A stretch of DNA of 64,000 nt from Schmidtea nova (lineage: Eukaryota), in contig CM097882.1 in the NCBI GenBank assembly GCA_044892505.1, positions 232,562,001-232,626,000 of the forward strand, given 5' to 3'. How positions within the stretch are numbered: the stretch's first letter is position 1; each line of letters begins with the position of its first letter. The position numbers were made by a program, and so were the translations under genes. The notes under the pieces were generated by a model. The model saw nothing but the letters and a program-made list of their open reading frames with translations. It was not told the DNA's origin and ran no database searches. Of this stretch, positions 38,475-47,206 are shown in pieces.

Positions 38475-38789
38475 GGTTAAAAGACATTTAGGTCTTACAA
38501 CGTAACTGGAAAGACAAATAAACTTTTTAGTGAACGACTCTGAGTAACGAAAAAATAATATTAATAATTAAAATTAATCCATTTCGGTACGCTTGAAAAC
38601 CTCTGCTTTACATGATACAATAATTACATTTGGTTGTAGTAGTTTTATTTATATATTTATATATATTAAAGTTGGTACTGATTAAAATGTTTTTGTTCGA
38701 TTAATCCGAAAAATTTTAATCGATTAATCGATTAATTTCGATTAATTATACAAGCATAATGCACACATAATAAATCATCATATGCAATC

Positions 38790-39383
38790 TGTAGGAATGC
38801 TAAAAGCAAATAAGATTTTATTAATAGAAATTGATCTCCAATTGACAAGTTGGTCTTTGGCAACCGGAAATCCTGACCGATGATAACAAGAGTTGAAATG
38901 AGCAAGCTCCATGACAGTCCGTATTGATTGATTTCTGGTGATGGCGAATAATCGTTTAATCGAGATTGATTGTGATCCAATGTATTGATTTGTAGATTTT
39001 TTGAGTTATACATTTCAGATTTGTCTGGATAGTATATTAATATTGATCCAGTTGATGACAAGCATCTTCCAGTATGTACGGCTTCTTTACGCATTCCAGC
39101 AGCGAAACATTTCTGCAATCTACGGAACTGGCAATTGTTTCTTCTTTGAATATCGACTACACAATCTCCACTAGAGTAAAACTGATAATTGTTGTCATTT
39201 GATGAAAACGAGTCGCTGTGAATGTCTTGAGTGAATTGGCATATCGAATCATTGTTAACAGCTTGCATTTTTTTTGATCAGCGTGAAAAAGTCAAAATAT
39301 GTAAATATTAAAACAACATCTAATTTAATCCATTTAATAATTAATTAATTTATAAAATTGGAAATTTAATCTAAGGCACTACA
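38790..39383 (-). repeat. 3' LTR (594 bp)
   Basis: Direct repeat of 44072-44665; one difference seen (38852 G vs 44134 A). AATAAA on the minus strand at 38817-38822. Confidence 0.97.
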
Positions 39384-39387
39384 ATAG

Positions 39388-39395
39388 CCCCCTCC
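39388..39395 (-). promoter_or_regulatory. Polypurine tract
   Basis: GGAGGGGG four nt before the 3' LTR. Confidence 0.75.
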
Positions 39396-39447
39396 GAAGT
39401 ACGCGGAGCGTCTCTAAGCTACAAAATGGATTTGGGTGTTGGGTGAG

Positions 39448-42138
39448 TCACTGAAGGTGATAATCGGAGAGATATTGAGGGAGTTTACGTGTTCGCCTAG
39501 AAGAGAATGGCGGGTTGTCTTGAGAAAGTTGGGTATTTGTCGTTTCTGTAAGGGTCTTCAGTTGTTCTGTGTCTTCTTGAATGTCTTCATCTATAGGATC
39601 TTCTTTCATGATATGATAATTTGGTCGTTCATCATACTCAAGTGTGCAAAAGGATGGTTTTAATCTTGATAGGTTGACCATAATGTGATTGTTATCAATT
39701 TCTAGTTTCGCTGTGTTTTTGTATAGTTCGATGATGCGGAATGGGCCTTTGTATCTAGGTTTGAGGTTTGATGAGTCAATTGTCTTCATCCATGCGTGGG
39801 TGGCAGATGAAAGTGATTGTGGTATATACGGTTTGTATGATGTAGAATATGTGAAAGATGGATTTGTATCAAGACTCAAAAAATGATTGCGAGTGAGGTT
39901 GATTTCCTCTAGTGACGATTCGTTCTGTAGATCTATGAGTTCGTTGGGCATGGATGTGTTGGAACCGAACAAAAGTTGTGAAGGTGACACGCCACTTGAG
40001 CGGTTGGGAGTGTTCTGCCACCCGAGCAAGACGAATGGTAATGCTTTGGTCCACGAAGTTGTCGTTGAGAGTATTCTGAGGGATGATTTCAAAGTCCGGT
40101 GGGCGCGTTCCACAAGACCGTTTGTTTGTGGGTGATATGAGCTGGTACGTAAATGACTGATGCCGAGGCTGGTGGTCAGATGATCGAAAAGGTCTGATTC
40201 AAATTGCGTTCCTTGGTCTGTGATTATGGCGGTTGGGATTCCATAACGCGAAAACCAAGTGGATATTAAGGCGTGTGCAACCGTTTTTGCGGTGATGTCA
40301 GAAACTGGAATAGCCTCGAACCAGCGTGTTTTCCTATCGATCATTGTCAGTATATAGCAGAATCCATCGTCTGCGGGGAGTTTGCCTACTAAGTCGATGT
40401 GGAGTATGTCGAATCTTGAACCAGTGGGGAATGGTGTGATTGGTGGTTTAGTATGTTTGTTCACTTTGTGTTGCTGGCAGCCTGTACATTCAGAGACCCA
40501 CTGTTTAACGTCTTTAAATAATGAGAACCAAGTGACCTTTTGTCGTATGAGTTGGTATGTGGACTTAATTCCTGGATGGTGTAGATTATGAATCGCGAAG
40601 AATGCTTCTTTCCTGAGTGACGAGTGCAAAATTGGTCTAAGAGTGTTTTTATACGTTGTGTCATAATGTATACCGTCTATTATCTCAAGCGAGTCTTTGA
40701 AGCGGGCGAGGTCAGCTGTCGTTGGTGGAGTCAAACGGAGAATTTGTTGGGTGAAAACCGGTGTAGAGGTAATTGATGCAGCAATGTTTCTAGAAAGATA
40801 ATCGGCGACCACATTATCTTTGCCCGAAACGTGAACAAATTTAATGTCAAAAGTTGATAGGTATGTTATCTGACGATGTACTCTGTTCGATGGGTCTTTC
40901 ATGGTAAGGCAGTGGATGAGAGGTTTGTGGTCGGTGAAGATTGTAAGTTGTCTTCCTTCTAAAATGTGACTAAAATGTTTGACTGCTAGAAAAATGGCAA
41001 GTAATTCTCTGTCGAATGCGCTGTACTTTGACTCTGCTAATGAAAATTTTCTCGAAAAAAATTCTATTGGTAGTGAGATTTTATCCTTAATTTGGTGAAG
41101 GACTGCGCCTGCAGCAATATTTGATGCGTCAGTTGTCAGGGTGAATGGGAGGTCGTGACATGGGTAGTGAAGAGTGGTAATCTTGGTTAGAGCGTCTTTG
41201 ACTTTGTTGAATGAGTCGCGTGTTGTGTCGGACCAATTGATGACGGAATTCTTTTTTCCTGTGTTCAGTGCTGAAAGAGGTGCTGTTATGTGAGATGCGT
41301 TTTTAATGAATCTATGGCAGAAGTTGACGATGCCTAAAAAGCTACGTAGTTGTGTCACGGTGGTTGGCAGGGGAAAGCTGCGGACTACGTCAAGTCTTTC
41401 GGGGAAACGTTCACAACCAGTAGATGAATGTATATGGCCAAGGAATCTGACGCGTTCTTGAAACAAGCTACATTTGTTTACGTTTATCTGTAAGTTGTGA
41501 CGGTTCAATATATCAAGGACCGTGTGTAAATCGTTTTTGTGGCTGTCTCGATCCGGGGACGCTATGATGATATCGTCAAGGTATGCGAAAGTGTTAGGGA
41601 CATCGCGAAAAATTGTGTCCATGAAACGTTGTAAGGACTGAGCTGCGTTTCTAAGACCAAAAGGCATGAACATGTATTCAAAATTCCCAAATGGTGTAGT
41701 GACAGCCGTTTTGGGGACGTCGTCCGTATGGATGGGAAATTGGTGGTATGCTTTCGAGAGGTCTATAGTTGAGAACACTGTAGATTGTGAAAAGCGTGTT
41801 ATTAAATCTTTAATGAGTGGCATTGGGTAAGCGTCGTGGACTGTTACTTGGTTGAGCTGTCGATAATCTCCACAGGGTCTGAATGATCCGTCTTTTTTTG
41901 TTACTACGTTAATTGGCGAAGCCCATGGTGAAGATGAACGACGTATAATGCCTGCATTTTCTAGACTAACAAATTCAGCTTTGACTGCGTCGAGTTTCGT
42001 GGAAGAGAGAGGTCTGGCTCGATTGTGTTGTGGTATGCATGGTAATGTGTGAATATAGTGAGTCGATAGGGTAGTGGGTGGTATGGTATCGGATTTAGTG
42101 ATGAGGTTTGGATATTTGACTGAAATTAATTTGATCAT
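39448..42138 (-). CDS. pol: Pol: RT, RNase H, integrase
   Basis: FRPCGDYRQLN, MPFGLRNA, AYLDD, LTTDAS, FTDHKPL, HNLHHPG..C.GC, HIDLVG, ITDQG, GLVERAHRTLK, YKGPF. Confidence 0.95.
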   Translation of the reverse strand: MIKLISVKYPNLITKSDTIPPTTLSTHYIHTLPCIPQHNRARPLSSTKLDAVKAEFVSLENAGIIRRSSSPWASPINVVTKKDGSFRPCGDYRQLNQVTVHDAYPMPLIKDLITRFSQSTVFSTIDLSKAYHQFPIHTDDVPKTAVTTPFGNFEYMFMPFGLRNAAQSLQRFMDTIFRDVPNTFAYLDDIIIASPDRDSHKNDLHTVLDILNRHNLQINVNKCSLFQERVRFLGHIHSSTGCERFPERLDVVRSFPLPTTVTQLRSFLGIVNFCHRFIKNASHITAPLSALNTGKKNSVINWSDTTRDSFNKVKDALTKITTLHYPCHDLPFTLTTDASNIAAGAVLHQIKDKISLPIEFFSRKFSLAESKYSAFDRELLAIFLAVKHFSHILEGRQLTIFTDHKPLIHCLTMKDPSNRVHRQITYLSTFDIKFVHVSGKDNVVADYLSRNIAASITSTPVFTQQILRLTPPTTADLARFKDSLEIIDGIHYDTTYKNTLRPILHSSLRKEAFFAIHNLHHPGIKSTYQLIRQKVTWFSLFKDVKQWVSECTGCQQHKVNKHTKPPITPFPTGSRFDILHIDLVGKLPADDGFCYILTMIDRKTRWFEAIPVSDITAKTVAHALISTWFSRYGIPTAIITDQGTQFESDLFDHLTTSLGISHLRTSSYHPQTNGLVERAHRTLKSSLRILSTTTSWTKALPFVLLGWQNTPNRSSGVSPSQLLFGSNTSMPNELIDLQNESSLEEINLTRNHFLSLDTNPSFTYSTSYKPYIPQSLSSATHAWMKTIDSSNLKPRYKGPFRIIELYKNTAKLEIDNNHIMVNLSRLKPSFCTLEYDERPNYHIMKEDPIDEDIQEDTEQLKTLTETTNTQLSQDNPPFSSRRTRKLPQYLSDYHLQ

Positions 42139-42165
42139 GTCATCGATCGTATCTAGATTGGCTGA

Positions 42166-43215
42166 TTAGTCGATGTCCAACGTGGTTTTATCGTTTTCCA
42201 TCGTGGAATCTTGATGAATCGAGTTGAGTTGTGTCAGTGTAGATGTCTGCGTTGAAATTGATGTTACATTTGACGATGAAATTGTCGGTATATTGGCAAT
42301 GTCGTGTTTTACAGTGAACAACTTACGATTTTTGCAATCTACCATGATGGATTCGTTGCTTAAAAAATCGGAGCCTAATATTGAGTGGATCGTGTCTGCT
42401 ATGTGGAAGGTGTGAGTGAAAGTTGAGTTTAATGTTGGTATTGTGAATGAGAGTTTTTTTGTTCCCAAAAATTGGATCGGTGTACTGTTAGCGGCCAAGA
42501 CAGTGAACGAAGATTTGAAGTCTGGTGTGAAAGTTGTTGGAAGGATTGAAAATGACGAGCCCGAATCTACGAGAAAATGAATTGATGAGCTGGAGTCGAA
42601 GTTTGCTTCAACAGTGAAGATATTGTTGATCGCAAGGACGCTGCCTGAAAATCCAGGGTTGACAGACAGCGGCGCTAGTTTTTTTTTGGGAGAATTGAAA
42701 TTGTTTTTGTCGTATGATTTATTTGAGGAACGGTTTACAAAAGTGCAACCTGAAAGGCATTTTTGTGCGTGTATACCGAAGATATTGTGATAGATGCAAA
42801 TAGGAATGATCCTCAAAGTGGAAGGAGGGTTTAGCCATGAACATCCTATATGGCATGTTCTTGCGTCGGATGAGAATTTCCTGTGAAAAAAACAAGTCAG
42901 AAGGGGAAAAGAATTCGGTTTATCGTTTCTTTGGGTGTGTGTAGTTAGCTGAGAGGAGTTGAGTATCGCGTCGACTGTTTTTGTCAGAGAAGATTTCTGT
43001 TCCTGTAATGAAGGGTCGGAAACTGATGCGATGGTAGTTGGTGCGTTTCGGATGGGGGGTCGAGTAACCAACTTATCAGCAATTTTTGCAAGTTGAAAAG
43101 GATCATCGGAATCGACGACGAGGAGTGAGGTCTGGATGAGATGTGGAAGAGCTGTTAAAAATTGATGGCATAGGAGAGCAGTGTTTTTTGATAAACCGGT
43201 GTGGACGGCCTCGAG
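42166..43215 (-). CDS. Gag C-terminus (two CHCC motifs) + aspartic protease
   Basis: Same frame as the flanking ORFs; CFFH..C..C and CIYH..C..C motifs; FLVDSGS protease site. Bounded by in-frame TAA codons. Confidence 0.9.
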   Translation of the reverse strand, partial: LEAVHTGLSKNTALLCHQFLTALPHLIQTSLLVVDSDDPFQLAKIADKLVTRPPIRNAPTTIASVSDPSLQEQKSSLTKTVDAILNSSQLTTHTQRNDKPNSFPLLTCFFHRKFSSDARTCHIGCSWLNPPSTLRIIPICIYHNIFGIHAQKCLSGCTFVNRSSNKSYDKNNFNSPKKKLAPLSVNPGFSGSVLAINNIFTVEANFDSSSSIHFLVDSGSSFSILPTTFTPDFKSSFTVLAANSTPIQFLGTKKLSFTIPTLNSTFTHTFHIADTIHSILGSDFLSNESIMVDCKNRKLFTVKHDIANIPTISSSNVTSISTQTSTLTQLNSIHQDSTMENDKTTLDID

Positions 43216-44550
43216 TTAGGTCTGGATGTGATGTGGAAGAGCTGTTAAAAATTGATGGCATAGGAGAGCAGTGTTTTTTGATAAACCGGTGTGGACGGCC
43301 TCGAGTTCGCGTACTAGTTGCGATAAAAAGGATGATGGGGGTTGACCGGCGTATGGGGTGGGTTTTGATAACTTTTCGATCGCTGAAGTGCGCGTGGGTG
43401 AATATTTTTTTTCTATGACCGCTTTGATTGATTCATAAGGGGTTTCTGAGTTTAATGCGTCAGCTATTTGTGAGCCTAATTCTGACATTAACTCGTCGGG
43501 TATTGCATCCAGCAGAAGATCTTGCCTAGACTTGGGATTGGCTCTAGTGCGCGATTCAAAAATGCGGAACCAAGATGATGGTGTGCCGTCTGCGTCTAAA
43601 AATATCAGTTGAGTGCGACCTATGGACGTGGGAGGGTTATGGTCATTGTTAGTTTTGGCACCGCCTCTTGCCCGCATGAAGAGTGTTATTATTGCGTTTG
43701 TTGGGACTGAAAGAGGATCTGTGATGGGAACTCCGTTATTTAAAATAAAGAAGTCGTTGTGTTCTATTAAAAAAAAACGTTTAATATCGTTAAAAAAGTT
43801 TGTCGTGGTAATTTTAACTGTGTGAATAATATTTTTGTGGCGTACAGTGATGTTGAGAAAGCCGTCATGAAGGGTAAATGGTTGTGAACAGGTACAGGAA
43901 ACTGTTGTAGTTTTGGTTATAGGACTATGAAAATTATTATTAAAATAATTATTAAAATTTTTATTGAATATATTATTAAAATTATTATTAATATAAAGGA
44001 AATAATTAGATGAATTTAAATATTCACATAATAAATTCAAAAATCTTACGTTTGTCACTTCTGACACCAATTGTAGGAATGCTAAAAGCAAATAAGATTT
44101 TATTAATAGAAATTGATCTCCAATTGACAAGTTAGTCTTTGGCAACCGGAAATCCTGACCGATGATAACAAGAGTTGAAATGAGCAAGCTCCATGACAGT
44201 CCGTATTGATTGATTTCTGGTGATGGCGAATAATCGTTTAATCGAGATTGATTGTGATCCAATGTATTGATTTGTAGATTTTTTGAGTTATACATTTCAG
44301 ATTTGTCTGGATAGTATATTAATATTGATCCAGTTGATGACAAGCATCTTCCAGTATGTACGGCTTCTTTACGCATTCCAGCAGCGAAACATTTCTGCAA
44401 TCTACGGAACTGGCAATTGTTTCTTCTTTGAATATCGACTACACAATCTCCACTAGAGTAAAACTGATAATTGTTGTCATTTGATGAAAACGAGTCGCTG
44501 TGAATGTCTTGAGTGAATTGGCATATCGAATCATTGTTAACAGCTTGCAT
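43216..44550 (-). CDS. Chimeric ORF: nuclear-receptor fragment - Asn-rich linker - ubiquitin-like domain - Gag N-terminus
   Basis: CVVDIQRRNNCQFRRLQKCFAAGMRKEAV (NR DBD finger 2 / T-box); NLSIGDQFLLIKS (LBD signature-like); ...ITLFMRARGG; PSSWFRIFESR (Gypsy Gag). Confidence 0.85.
   Translation of the reverse strand: MQAVNNDSICQFTQDIHSDSFSSNDNNYQFYSSGDCVVDIQRRNNCQFRRLQKCFAAGMRKEAVHTGRCLSSTGSILIYYPDKSEMYNSKNLQINTLDHNQSRLNDYSPSPEINQYGLSWSLLISTLVIIGQDFRLPKTNLSIGDQFLLIKSYLLLAFLQLVSEVTNVRFLNLLCEYLNSSNYFLYINNNFNNIFNKNFNNYFNNNFHSPITKTTTVSCTCSQPFTLHDGFLNITVRHKNIIHTVKITTTNFFNDIKRFFLIEHNDFFILNNGVPITDPLSVPTNAIITLFMRARGGAKTNNDHNPPTSIGRTQLIFLDADGTPSSWFRIFESRTRANPKSRQDLLLDAIPDELMSELGSQIADALNSETPYESIKAVIEKKYSPTRTSAIEKLSKPTPYAGQPPSSFLSQLVRELEAVHTGLSKNTALLCHQFLTALPHHIQT
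44056..44069 (-). promoter_or_regulatory. Primer-binding site, tRNA-Leu-like
   Basis: TGGTGTCAGAAGTG two nt after the 5' LTR, complementary to the ...CACTTCTGACACCA 3' end typical of animal tRNA-Leu(CAA). Confidence 0.8.
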
Positions 44551-44665
44551 TTTTTTTGATCAGCGTGAAAAAGTCAAAATATGTAAATATTAAAACAACA
44601 TCTAATTTAATCCATTTAATAATTAATTAATTTATAAAATTGGAAATTTAATCTAAGGCACTACA
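44072..44665 (-). repeat. 5' LTR (594 bp)
   Basis: See 3' LTR; contains the ATG (44550) of the chimeric ORF. Confidence 0.97.
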
Positions 44666-44806
44666 CAATCGTACGGCAACTTGTAAAATTAAATTGTAGC
44701 AGTGCCATAAGTGACTAAGTCCACTTTACACAATGTTTCGTTCAAAAAGTTCAAAAACATTCGTCTGCTGACTGTAAAGTCATTTGTTACTAGGCATCAT
44801 AAGTCT

Positions 44807-46589
44807 TCAGTTTAACCAGTCACGTAGACAAATCAGAGCGTTGTTAATTTCTGGAAGCAGACATGATTGCATCTTATTAACAATGTACCCAGAAGAACTG
44901 AAAAGTCTTTCGCACGGAACAGATGTGACCGGTACACAAAGAATTGTCTGCACAAAACTGCTGAGGACAGGAAAACGATGCTGATTCAGTTTCCACAAAA
45001 TGAGAGGATTTTCTGTTTCTGGAAGGGTAAATTCTTCTTGGTACCGCATTAGTTCGACCTCTATACCGTGTACTGCATCGGATTCATCAGCTGATGACTG
45101 CGATTCAGAGTCGCACAGTAACAGAGTCAATTTTCGTTTCTTTGCCAGTGGCATTGTGTCGTCAGCAGTGACTTCTTCTACGCTTGTTGGACATTCAGCT
45201 CATTGTCTTTTATCGTAGAAGATCTTGAATTCATTCGATAATAATATCCACACTGCTTCCCGTTTCTCTCTTCTCATGCAGGTGAGTTTCTTGTAACGTG
45301 GATGAAAGACCGAAGCCATTTGCAACTTTGGCAAAGCATCAATGCCTGCAATTCTGCCCGTAATGTCATTCAACGTTGCATTTTTGAATCGTGCAATATA
45401 ACCTGGATCATCATCGTTAACTTTTAACAGTCTACGCAAACAGGCTTCTAAGGGTAGAACGGCAGAACATGTCACATATTGTTCACCCCCAACATATTCC
45501 GTAGCATCAGCGAGCAAACCTAAGACTGACATATATTTGGCCATTTTCTACCAGTCTGACTCAGTCAGTTTAGGTCCACTGTAGTTCAATGTGATACTGC
45601 ATAATCGCATCTTTGACTTCCAACAATCTGGTTAACATCAGGTAGGTACTGTTCCACCGAGTTTACCACATCATGCTGCAACTTATGGAACACGACATCA
45701 TCTGTCTGCTGAAAGAGATTGACATGGCTGCTTTTCAGATCGCATGTGTTAGCCGAGCTGTGTTTGAAATGTCCAACCAATTGTCGACATTTTGCCAGAA
45801 TCGGTGATGAGTCAGCTGCCTTCAAACCAGCTAATATGCTAAGCTGCAGACAGTGTGCTATACACGGTATGTGATTGTAATCCGTTTGCACGATAGCAGC
45901 AACCATATTTCGAGCACTGTCCGTTACGATACAGCATATTTTGTCTGTGATGTTCCATGTTGCAGCAAACTCTTCATAGTAACTGGCCACGTTATCAACC
46001 GTATGTCGTTCTTCAACAAGTAAGCAACCTAATGCTACTGAAGTAAATCTCCAGTCGGAATCAATCCAGTGTCCCGTTAAACTATAGTGAGAGCCATACT
46101 AGAGACATTTTCTATAACTTTCTTTTGCTCTTTCAGTTTCTCGTCGTACATTTGACAAATCACATTATCGATTGTACGGCGATTGGGTAAAGCATAGGTC
46201 TGATTCTGTAGAGCAATACGTAGTACAATAACCGTCGGACGTCCGGAGCTGGCTATCCACTGGGCAATACGAACTTTCAAGTCTGTAGAAACTTTGTCGC
46301 TAATTGGTTTGTTTGACTAACACGACAAAAATCTGGTTATTGGTTTTACCTGAGAACTCTTCTGACGGTTGCTGGCTACAACGTAATGATACTGCAGTGG
46401 ATGTTTGTGCTGAAGGATGTACGTTAGCGACATATTTGAGCCACGGAAGGCAAACTGTTTATTGCAGTGAACGCAGTAAATTTTGTCGCCATTTTCTACT
46501 TTACTATCAGCAGTAAGTTTAAAAACAAAATGCTTGCTCAACTTTCTGCCTAAAGGCTTAACATAAACGTTGCTTTGATTACTCGCCAT
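44807..46589 (-). pseudogene. ZBED1-like hAT transposase pseudogene
   Basis: BED finger IYCVHCNKQF..HKHP; VTDSARNM; CIAHCLQL; C-terminal WK..QHRFPVL...VPCERLFSSSG. Multiple frameshifts. Confidence 0.9.
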
Positions 46590-47206
46590 TGTTGTTTACT
46601 ATCCAAAAGGAAATAGAATTCTACAACACAAGGGTAAGTAAATAAGTAAAAATACAAAGTAAATCTAAAAATAACTGATTAAAGAAATTTTAATCAATTA
46701 AATATTTTACTGATTAATCGATTAATTAATCGNNNNNNNNNNNNNNNNNNNNNNNNNNNNNNNNNNNNNNNNNNNNNNNNNNNNNNNNNNNNNNNNNNNN
46801 NNNNNNNNNNNNNNNNNNNNNNNNNNNNNNNNNNNNNNNNNNNNNNNNNNNNNNNNNNNNNNNNNNNNNNNNNNNNNNNNNNNNNNNNNNNNNNNNNNNN
46901 NNNNNNNNNNNNNNNNNNNNNNNNNNNNNNNNNNNNNNNNNNNNNNNNNNNNNNNNNNNNNNNNNNNNNNNNNNNNNNNNNNNNNNNNNNNNNNNNNNNN
47001 NNNNNNNNNNNNNNNNNNNNNNNNNNNNNGACGACAAATGTATCATTAATTCGATTTGTTTTACGCTAAAGTGTTTATAATTGTCAAAATATCTACTAGC
47101 GGAAACTTTATTTTATTCAATTTACCAGAAAATAAGCAACTGAATGATAAAAATAAGTTTTTTTTGCGAAATAATTCATATTGAAATGTCAGAAAATTAA
47201 CAGTTA

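Larger units (their letters stand above)
38790..44665 (-). mobile_element. Full-length Ty3/Gypsy LTR retrotransposon (CHCC-type Gag) with nuclear-receptor-derived LTRs and ubiquitin-like-Gag fusion
   Basis: TGTAG...CTACA LTRs of 594 bp, 5-bp TSD CAATC (38785-38789 / 44666-44670), PBS, PPT, and Gag-PR-RT-RH-INT order. Confidence 0.97.
38667..46732 (-). mobile_element. hAT (ZBED1-like) transposon split by the Gypsy insertion
   Basis: ATTAATCG subterminal repeats at 38700-38745 and 46700-46732; transposase 44807-46589. The 5' end runs into a gap and the boundaries are approximate. Confidence 0.7.

Noticed and set aside
36523-43218. Several in-frame TAA codons in otherwise open frames (PSMA6 36523, Gypsy 42166 and 43216) suggesting TAA reassignment
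   Set aside because: The Tc1, Helitron and PLE ORFs end in TAA at expected positions, and the 896-aa Pol and 1122-aa RepHel frames contain no internal TAA. One stop is explained by a duplication junction.
39436-43825. Many short antisense ORFs over the Gypsy and Helitron coding regions
   Set aside because: Shadow ORFs of real coding sequence; no motifs.
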